Source of the DNA: Podarcis melisellensis
Taxonomy: Eukaryota
Length of the DNA stretch: 64,000 bases
Assembly (NCBI GenBank): GCA_964234715.1
Contig: OZ174276.1
Direction: 5' to 3' (one strand)
Shown: positions 1 through 64,000 of the stretch, one piece after another
Layout: each line of letters begins with the position of its first letter
Numbering within the stretch: the stretch's first letter is position 1
Notes under the pieces: generated by a model
Told to the model about the DNA's origin: nothing
The model's database searches: none
Seen by the model: only the letters and a program-made list of their open reading frames with translations
Translations under genes and position numbers: made by a program

Positions 1-139
1 AGGTAGGTTATCCTCATTGAGTAAACTTTTCCAACCCCCACACCTGCTACATGACTCCAAATATCTGAGCAGTGCATTGAGCTTTCTGGAAGATCAAATG
101 GTGCCATTAAATATATATACATCATTATCTTATGAAATA

Positions 140-512
140 AAGGTAAATGGTAAAGGACCCCTGGACAGTTAAGTCCAGTCTATGGGGTGCAGTGCTCATC
201 TCGCTTTAGGCCGAAGGAGCCGGCATTTGTCCACAGACAGCTTTCCGGGTCATGGGGCCAGCATGACTAAACAGTTTCTGGCACAATGGAACACCGTGAC
301 AGAAACCAGAGCACACGGAAACACCATTTACCTTCCCACTGCAGCCGTACCTATTTATCTACTTGCACTGGTATGCTTTCGAGCTGCTATGTTGGCAGAA
401 GCTGGGGCAGAGCAACAGGAGCTCATCCCGTCATTCAGATTTGAACTGCCTACCTTCCGATCGGCAAGCCCGAAAGGCTCAGTGGTTTAGACCACAGCAC
501 CACCTGTGTCCC
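140..512 (-). mobile_element. Sauria SINE (Squam1), full length
   Basis: tRNA-derived head at the right end, (ACCTTT)n tail at the left end; TSD TATCTTAT[G/C]AAATA at 126-139 and 515-528. Confidence 0.9.
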
Positions 513-1992
513 TATATCTTATCAAATACGACACATTAACATGGCATTTTCTTTTATTTCTTTTACATGGAAAAATGGGATTCCAGTCACACTTCTGTCT
601 CTCTGTGTGTATTCTAATGCATTGGACTTGCTTAGGGAACATTTTGATTAGCCTGTTCAGTCAGAATGACATACTTCCAAAGATCATTTATGAATGGGAA
701 TCTTCACATGAAGTCAATCTGGTTAATCAGTCACTTAGTATGGGCTCCAAGACGACGAGTTCTCATTCATTGTGCATTTTAATGGCTACTGGTACTATTT
801 ATGTTCCAATGCCTAAATACAATTAAGTTGTGGGGGGAAATTCCAGTATTATTGCACAGAGCATTATGTTAGAACGATAACCTATCCAAATAAATAGAGA
901 AAGTTTTTTTACCGTCTTGCTAGCCGCATGATTAAAAATGTAACCACTGCATTCTCTCAGATGTGCTGTGCTGGAGCTTCTCCCTAATTTGCTTCACTGA
1001 CTCAGTTACTGACTTGTGCTCACTGTACATTTTTTCTAGCATCTAGAAAAAACATTTTATCACAGTTCACACAAGACGCAAGCCAAATATTTTAAGGAAC
1101 ACAGAGGCCATTTCTTCCTCTCACTATCTGCGGATTATATCTCAGTAAAGAATAAATTATATTGAGCTTAAATTTATAGGATGAAAGGCCTCAGAATTAA
1201 TTGTTCTGTTTTTTTGTTAATGTGATTTTATGATTTTATGAAAGTATGCCAGTTAGGATTGCATTTCTGAGTAGTTGAACAACAGACCCTTAAGTGTTAG
1301 AGTGAAAGCAGCTACTCTAAAATTCAACCAAATGATTCAAAATATGTGAGTAATACAGAATGTAGAGGGTTTCTGATCAAATATTTGGGAGAGAAGCTAA
1401 GGTTTGCATCCAGTGAAGTAGTCCCATTTGTTCAAGCATATCTGCTTATGCAACAGAACTTACTCCTTGCACCCTCCCAATCTGTTCTGGGTTTCACCCC
1501 AACTCTGGAAAATTTCTTTTCAGGAGGGTCCACAGAAAAAGGAGAGGGAGAGGAAGCTCTGTTGCCCAGAACTTCTGTCACACAGAAGCTCTTGTGTGAA
1601 TGGTATGACTGTTGGATACAGTCCTCAACTGGCTTAATCTAAGACATATTTATGCAGTATAGTTGGAGCCACTGATGGATACAGTATTGGAATTATTGTA
1701 AACTAATTGTGTATTTTGTTTAACAAGGTGGTACCATTTAGTTTCAGCTCCAGTGTGCTCAGTTTCCAATATTCACTCCCTTGTTTCCCTTCCCTAGTTG
1801 ATCACTGTATTTAAAAATTATCTATGAAGAGGGAGCACCCACTGTTCTGAAATGCAAAATGCCAAAATTATATGTTTATAGCTTATATAGCATGCTTCAT
1901 TCACTCAGGCAGACAAATCTAAGGGCTCTAAAAACAATGTATCCTCTGCTATTTTCCTGTTCTTATTTATAGCATTCCTGAGTTGTATTGTA

Positions 1993-2234
1993 CAGTGGAA
2001 CCTCAGTTTTCGAATGTGATCTGTTCCAGAATACCGTTCGACTTCTGAAACGTCTTGAAAACTGAAAACTGAAAGTGGAAGCCTCAATTCAATTACGAAA
2101 CTCAAAATGAAAGCCGTGTAGCATGTTCAGCTTCCAAAAATCATTCGAAAACCTAAGCAGTTACTTCTGGGATTTCAGCATTTGGGTTCCGAAACGTTCA
2201 TTAACGGAGACGTTCGAGAACCGAGGTTCCACTG
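1993..2234. mobile_element. Tc1-mariner (Tigger/pogo-like) MITE
   Basis: TA|CAGTGGAACCTC...GAGGTTCCACTG|TA. Confidence 0.85.
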
Positions 2235-2430
2235 TATTCTAAAGGACAGCTTACAGGTACATATTTGTACCTAGTAAGTTTTCTCCACGGGTTAATAGCA
2301 GATTTGGGTAGGGCTTTGTCTGCCGTCCAGTGTCTTGCTGCTTCTGTCCATCCCCAAACACACTTTACTCTGCCTAATATTAAGACTGGCCAGCAGTTGT
2401 TAGATTCATCTGCCAGCCTGGTTGGCTTTT

Positions 2431-2914
2431 GTACCTCGGTTCTCAAACTTAATCTGTTCTGCAAGTCTGTTCCAAAACCAAAGCGTTCCGAAACCAAGGC
2501 GCGCTTTCCCATAGAAAGTAATGCAAAATGGATTAATCCGTGCCAGACTTTTAAAAACAACTCCTAAAATAGCAATTTAATGTGAATTTTACTATCTAAC
2601 GAAACCATTGATCCATAAAATGAAAGCAGTAAACAATGTATCGCAGTCACACTGTCAATCAGTAGCTGAACTGGTTCCACACAGTCACAAAAACAAGAGC
2701 CACAAAAATGCAAAATAAATAGCAAAAACAGACCGACCTCAGCGTAACACTCAAAATGGAAGTGTGGCACTCAAATTGGAAGTGTAACATTCAAAACGTA
2801 GCATGTTCGGCTTCTGAAAAAAGTTCACAAACCAGAACACTTACTTCTGGGTTTGCAGTGTTTGGGTTTCAAGTTGTTTGAGTACCAAGGCACTTGAGAA
2901 CCAAGGGACCACTG
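2431..2914. mobile_element. Tigger/pogo-like MITE, long variant, left TIR clipped
   Basis: GTACCTCGGTT...AACCAAGGGACCACTG|TA; related to the other CAGTGGTACC elements. Confidence 0.8.
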
Positions 2915-3237
2915 TACATGGAATGAGGGAGGCATCATTTTGTTGCACACCTCATGCATTGGACCATCGGGGGGGGGGTAGCCCTTCTCGGATATATATA
3001 TGCATTCAATCAGGAAAATAGCCTGTAGGAAAGAGTTGCGGGGAGCTATTGCCTGTCACTCTTCAGTGTCACAGCCCCTGTCAGCATTCCACACCCATTT
3101 AACATCTTTTAAAACTTCTTGGAGATCCTGAACATGGACCTTCCACTTCAGCCCTGGTTTGGCCTTCAGTTTTCCTTTTGTTTTCTCTGCTGGGTACCAT
3201 TTCACCCCCAGAACTAACTGTACGCTTTCTGGTTTAG

Positions 3238-59069
<55,832 letters not shown>

Positions 59070-59567
59070 TCAGAATATTTTTGTAGAGAACATTTTAATT
59101 TCTATTTGTGTCAGTAGACTTAAGATAGTTGGGGCTTCCTATGCAGTTGCCACCATTTCTCTTTGTTTATATTAGTAAATATATCTTGGTTTAATTGCTT
59201 TGCTGCTAGACTTGAAGCTAACCTTTTTAAATTATATTCCGTTCTCTCCCCCCCCCCCCACTGTGGGTCAGAAGTTTGAAAAATTTTCCCTAGAAAAACA
59301 CACACTTAAAAAAAATAAAAAATGTAACATTATATATGTGTTGCATTAAAGCTAGCAGCTGAAAAGTTAACTGTGCAACTTAAAAAATATATATATAATT
59401 TTTTTTAAAAGAAGTTGTCTAAATTGTATTTAAAAAAGAATTGTAAGTAGCATTTACATTTATTCAATAACATTTAGCATACTATGCTGGGTTTCTGTAC
59501 CAGAAATGGCCAGTTAATGTACAAATGTATGTTATGTCTGCTTAAATTGTTTTATTATTTTTTTAAA

Positions 59568-59573
59568 AATAAA
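59568..59573 (+). promoter_or_regulatory. Candidate proximal polyadenylation signal AATAAA
   Basis: Three upstream TGTA (59496, 59518, 59526) and a U-rich downstream tract. Confidence 0.4.
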
Positions 59574-59609
59574 GGTGCAGCATCTTATAATTACTTTCAG
59601 TTTTATCAA

Positions 59610-59622
59610 CTTTCTGTGAAAG
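59610..59622 (+). promoter_or_regulatory. Constitutive decay element (Roquin CDE)-like stem-loop CUUUC-UGU-GAAAG
   Basis: 5-bp stem, UGU triloop, UCYRYGA core as in the TNF CDE. Confidence 0.55.
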
Positions 59623-61419
59623 GATGCTGCATTCTAAAACTTTTATAGTTTTAGAACCTGTATGATGTGGTATAGTAATCTCCTTTGACTGTAGGATAAA
59701 GTGAAGACCTTCTTTGCAGACCCGCACACCACTGTTTTTAACTTTTCAGAGTAAAGCAGTGGTCGATTAAAAAAAAATAAAAATAAAAAAAAATCCTGCA
59801 CATTTTATTTTTGGACAGGCTGCTAAATTTAGCTTGTTGGAAAGATTAATTTGATAGATTTTTTAAAAAAAGAATCATGAAATTACAAACCCTTTTTTTT
59901 TTTTTTTTGCTATGTTGGGTGCTTCGTAGTTTAATAACTATTAAAAAAAAATTGAGTGAATTTAGTAAAATATTTGGGTCCCCCTCCCAACTATGCATGT
60001 GTAAATGCTTGTAATCTGGTTTCTCCTACTCTTGGCTTCTCTAGTGGTATAAAGAATTGTGCCGCTTTTAAGTTTTTATTTCTCCTTCCCCCACCTCAGT
60101 AAAACCTTTTGGTACATTATTTGATGTTTACATTAAATGTGACATTATACAACGGATCTTCAGATATTTTGCTAACTGTTTTGTTTGAGGAACATCATTA
60201 AAGAAGATTTTTATGTTTGTCAAAGCTGTATCCAAATTAATCCAAAATTTTGGGGAGTCAAGTTGTGAGGGGGGGGGAGGGGGAGGACTTGTGAATCCAT
60301 ATGGTTGTTTTTATCTTTGTATGTTCTGCTGAGGTTTTCCACAATCTTGGTCTTTTACCACTATATATTGAAAGTGAAATCTATAAAGAATTATACAGCA
60401 ATATGTAACAAAATTTTGGAGAAAAAAAAAACATTTTAGGGTAATGTTTACCTTTCAGGTTGTGGTCTTGTACACTGTTCATACTTTTGAAGTAAGGGAT
60501 GTATCTTTTATAGCTTCTACAGAGGCCCTTGTCCTCCTTTACACTTGAAAAGATCTCTCTGATCGGGGACGTTAATTTTTATCAATATTTTAATTTATTT
60601 TAATTTCCCATCGTGAGACGCGAGAGTAATATTTTCAATAGTATCATTTTTAAAAGTGTGTTTCTCTTTGAGGTGGCACAGCTCCCCACAGCTTTGAAAA
60701 CATTGGGATTGACCCAGAGCCTTTTTGCTGAGCTACTGTACTTGCTGCTGTATTCAATCTGATATTTGCTCTTGTTACAATCCATTTGTCCCTGTTGGGT
60801 TTTTTTTTTTGTAAATCGTTGTGGTGAAATCTCAGCTTGGTTTGAAATCAGTATCACCTTTCTTACTGATTTCAGGTAAGTCGGGATTTCACCGAAGAGA
60901 TCTGCATACTGATTTAATGCATTGCAATATCTGAATGGTTACCGGGTTTGTGGTTCAGAAATGCAGGATAAAAGCTGCATGGCTATGTAACTTGTATTTC
61001 TTAACGTTATAGAAAAAAACAAAAAAGTGAAGGAGAATGTCCCTCCTCAATTTTGCTTCACAGTTTGAGCTCACGGTATCAGGAAGTTCCAGAGGCTAAG
61101 TTCTCTGCATCTTAAACAGAGCTTTCATCATTATCATTAGTATTTTTGGTCTGTTGAGTACTGCAGACAATGGCCCTAATGAAATTAGATTCATAATATC
61201 TCAGTTGGTATAAACCAGGGTTAGCCCCTCTGAAATAAATGACGCTATATCTGATGTCACCTCCTAAAGTTCTGAGTTCCAATCCTGCCCCTGGTTACTC
61301 ATGGCAAATTCTATTGAAGGCAATGACATTTACCCACTTATAACCCAAGGCAGGAATGTTGTCTTTTTATCCCACTTAATGTGGACACACTAAAGAGTTG
61401 TTGGTGATACGTACAAAAC

Positions 61420-61544
61420 CAGGGATAGGCAACCTGATGCACTCCAGATGTTTTGAACTGAATCCATCATCTTTGGCCGTACTAGGTGGGACTGATGGGA
61501 GTTGTATTCCAGAACATGTGGTGGTCCCAAGATGCCTACCCCTG
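61420..61544. mobile_element. hAT-type palindromic MITE inside the 3' UTR
   Basis: CAGGGATAGGCAACCT...AGATGCCTACCCCTG; relatives at about 8162-8700 and 26078-26196. Confidence 0.7.
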
Positions 61545-64000
61545 TCGATGATGATAGCAGGTTAGTTAGAGCTCAAATGCACTCACTCAAGTCAGCACTA
61601 TATCTTCAGGGTTTCAAAATCACACATTTATATAGAGTTTTATTATTCTGTTCACCTTACCTGAAATATTAAACTAATAAATTTTGCTTGTTCGTTTACT
61701 TCAATCTGTGAGTTAGCTGAGGAACAATTGTTGACATCTGATGGCCTCATTTTTAAACTGTCATACACTGGTATTTTCATCACAGCAACTTTCTAAAAAC
61801 ACATGCTTTATTTTTCTTTCTTTCTTTTATTTCACCCCCCACCCCAGCCTTATTGTTGTTAAACATTTGTTGGAAGCGTATTCCTGCGTTTGGAAGATTA
61901 ATATTTTATCTTTTCAGACTCCAGAGATTAAAATGAGTAAGAGGCTACAAAATAAATCCATTTACTCTGCATCAGATTTTTTTTTTTTTTACAGATTGTG
62001 GATTTCGGTCAGACTTGGCATATACGGGGACCTTGGTGAGACTGATGTTTCCGAGTTGTTAAATACAGTTTTCTCCAGAGATTCAGAGCTATAGCAATTT
62101 CGAAAATAGAACTGGCTTTGCAGAGGTAGGAAAGCTCCAGACCATTCCAGTGCTCTGATATACTCAGATTGCTGGTGTTTAGTTTTACCACTGGACAAAT
62201 TCTACTTAAAAGCATTCTCACTTATTTTAGTTCTTATGGAATTGCCAGTCTTTTGTCAGGAGTAGGCCATTAGTAAAGCCATACATGTTGTCAATTACTG
62301 TGAAATAAAATTTCTAACGATCCTGGTGTTTTTACAGTTTACAGCTCTTGTGTACTTAGATCTGTACCTAAGTACATAAAAGCTTATATAATTTTCATAG
62401 TCCCTTCTCCCCCTGCCCCCCCAGAAAGGAATAGTGCTTTCCACCATTATTTCATTTCACATTTTCAGAAACAAAATATACTAGTGTCATGGGAACGAGC
62501 ATCTTTTATTTTAATAGGAGCATGCCATATATTGCTGCACTTAAAGAGAATTTTAGAATACATTAGTGGAACTACAAATGTAACCCACTTACGCTTGGTA
62601 ATATTTAAAAGGAAAAGCTGCTGGTCAACATTATATTTGATACATTAGGTAAAGTAAGTATTTTTCTTCTTGCTGGAGAATTCATTTTTCAGGAAGCATC
62701 TTGAAGGGTTTCTGATGTTACGGCAATTTAACTTATCAGTCTCATTTAATTGCATTATGGTATTGGATAAATCCTAGATCCTCAGTCTCTATTTTATTTC
62801 TTCTTCCATGCCTAGAAGCCATTTTACTATTAGTTATTATAATTTTCCCTTGGTTCATCTGATCGGCCAGCTACCCTGATTCTGCCACCTACTCTATATT
62901 AATAGACCTGATCCTGCCCCAATCTTCATATGCTACTGCATCATATTTGTCACTGAGAATCCCAGTGCAGGATCTGCCTGAGTGACTGGTGATCTCTGTA
63001 TTAAATGTCCACCATAGGTCTCCTGTTCTTCCTGATGGACACCCCAAATTTAGCACAAAGACCCACTTCTCACATCATTATTTTTGCTAAATAAGTGCAT
63101 TTGTGTGAGAAGAGGTCTTATGAGAGCCAATGATAAAAGAAACAAAAAATTGAGGTTTTGTTTGTTATACTTGTCCAAACCTTCCTCTTGAAGAAATCCA
63201 AACTTCCAAAGTTATAGCTGGTTTTCATTCTAATATTTAATGGTTATAACACCCAAATATTCCTGCCTCCTTCACCTTTAGCATTTGTTTACACAATCTG
63301 TCCATCTTCCCGAATTCCTCCAGGAAAATTATCAGTGTTCAAACACCCCTACCTATGACTCTTCTGTCTGCCTGTCTTCCAGCTCATGTTATGCTCAACA
63401 CTACCAGACTGAGTTACTGCACCAGAGCCTCAAATCTTAAACCCCCCCCCCCCATAATGCTATGAGGACAGAGCTGATGTGGCTTGTTCTATTTGATCAA
63501 AATCTGATCCTTAGCAAATTGCAACGTTTACTAGACAAATACGAATTAGACAAGTTACATTTGGGAACATCTGTCTTTTTTGTAGACTTGCAGCCCAAGC
63601 ATTTTGTACTCAAGTTTCCTTGTCACGAAGACCCCAAAAGTAGCTTAAAATGTGGATTTGTGAGGATTTGTGCTAACAGTTCTGACTCTAGTAGTGTATC
63701 CCTCACAAGGTGTGTTTGTGTATTTGATTACGTGGTGAAAAATAAGGTTTACTGGCATTGCACTGCAGTTTTAAGTGGAGCTGCTTGTCTTGCTGCTCCA
63801 AGATAATGCAAAATGGTTTCTCTTAGGATTCAGCTTTAAATTAAATGTGAAGGATAAAGTATGTGTGGTGAAGATTGTATCCAATGAAGTATTCCTATTA
63901 AAATAGGACTTTCCACCTGCACAACAGGACTTCTTTTCTCCCCTCTCACAGAACTGCTCTGGAGGGTTGAGGGAACACCCAGAACAGTTTGGAGGGTGGG

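Larger units (their letters stand above)
59070..64000 (+). other. HELZ: HELZ 3' UTR (true end uncertain, probably beyond the window)
   Basis: AU-rich and nearly free of young TEs, unlike the introns; vertebrate HELZ has a multi-kb 3' UTR (recalled). Confidence 0.65.

Noticed and set aside
182-490. ORFs 182..490, 6282..6527 and 49232..49444 with similar peptides (AHGNxxYL...PIYLLAL), resembling a small gene family
   Set aside because: All are antisense readings of Sauria SINE copies; the similarity comes from the repeat.

Overview
Eukaryotic genomic DNA from a squamate reptile. It is probably a lacertid lizard, inferred from the Sauria/Squam SINEs, BovB fragments and MITE families present. 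The window holds the 3' three-quarters of HELZ (helicase with zinc finger, a UPF1-like SF1 RNA helicase) on the + strand. I reconstructed 20 coding exons by hand (window numbering E1-E20, 3238-59069). All introns are GT-AG with consistent phases, giving 4399 nt or about 1465 codons that end ...GFYSYFK*. A long AU-rich 3' UTR follows and probably runs past the window end. The 5' exons with the zinc finger lie upstream of the window. Introns are full of Sauria/Squam2/Squam3 SINEs, BovB/RTE/L2/CR1 fragments and Tc1-mariner and hAT MITEs, many with readable target-site duplications. Almost all other ORFs in the track are spurious or repeat-derived. I found no prokaryotic-type system (CRISPR, operon) and cannot show a new biological system from sequence alone. 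The best leads are RNA-level: a Roquin CDE-type stem-loop next to a candidate proximal poly(A) site; a pri-miRNA-like hairpin in the 3' UTR that hides a perfect 5' splice site; inverted MITE pairs that would define in-frame circRNAs; a Tc2-type MITE family whose copies carry different internal palindromes; an NRF1/ETS-motif MITE; and a candidate in-frame cassette exon. Repeat family names and human comparisons come from recall and need database confirmation.
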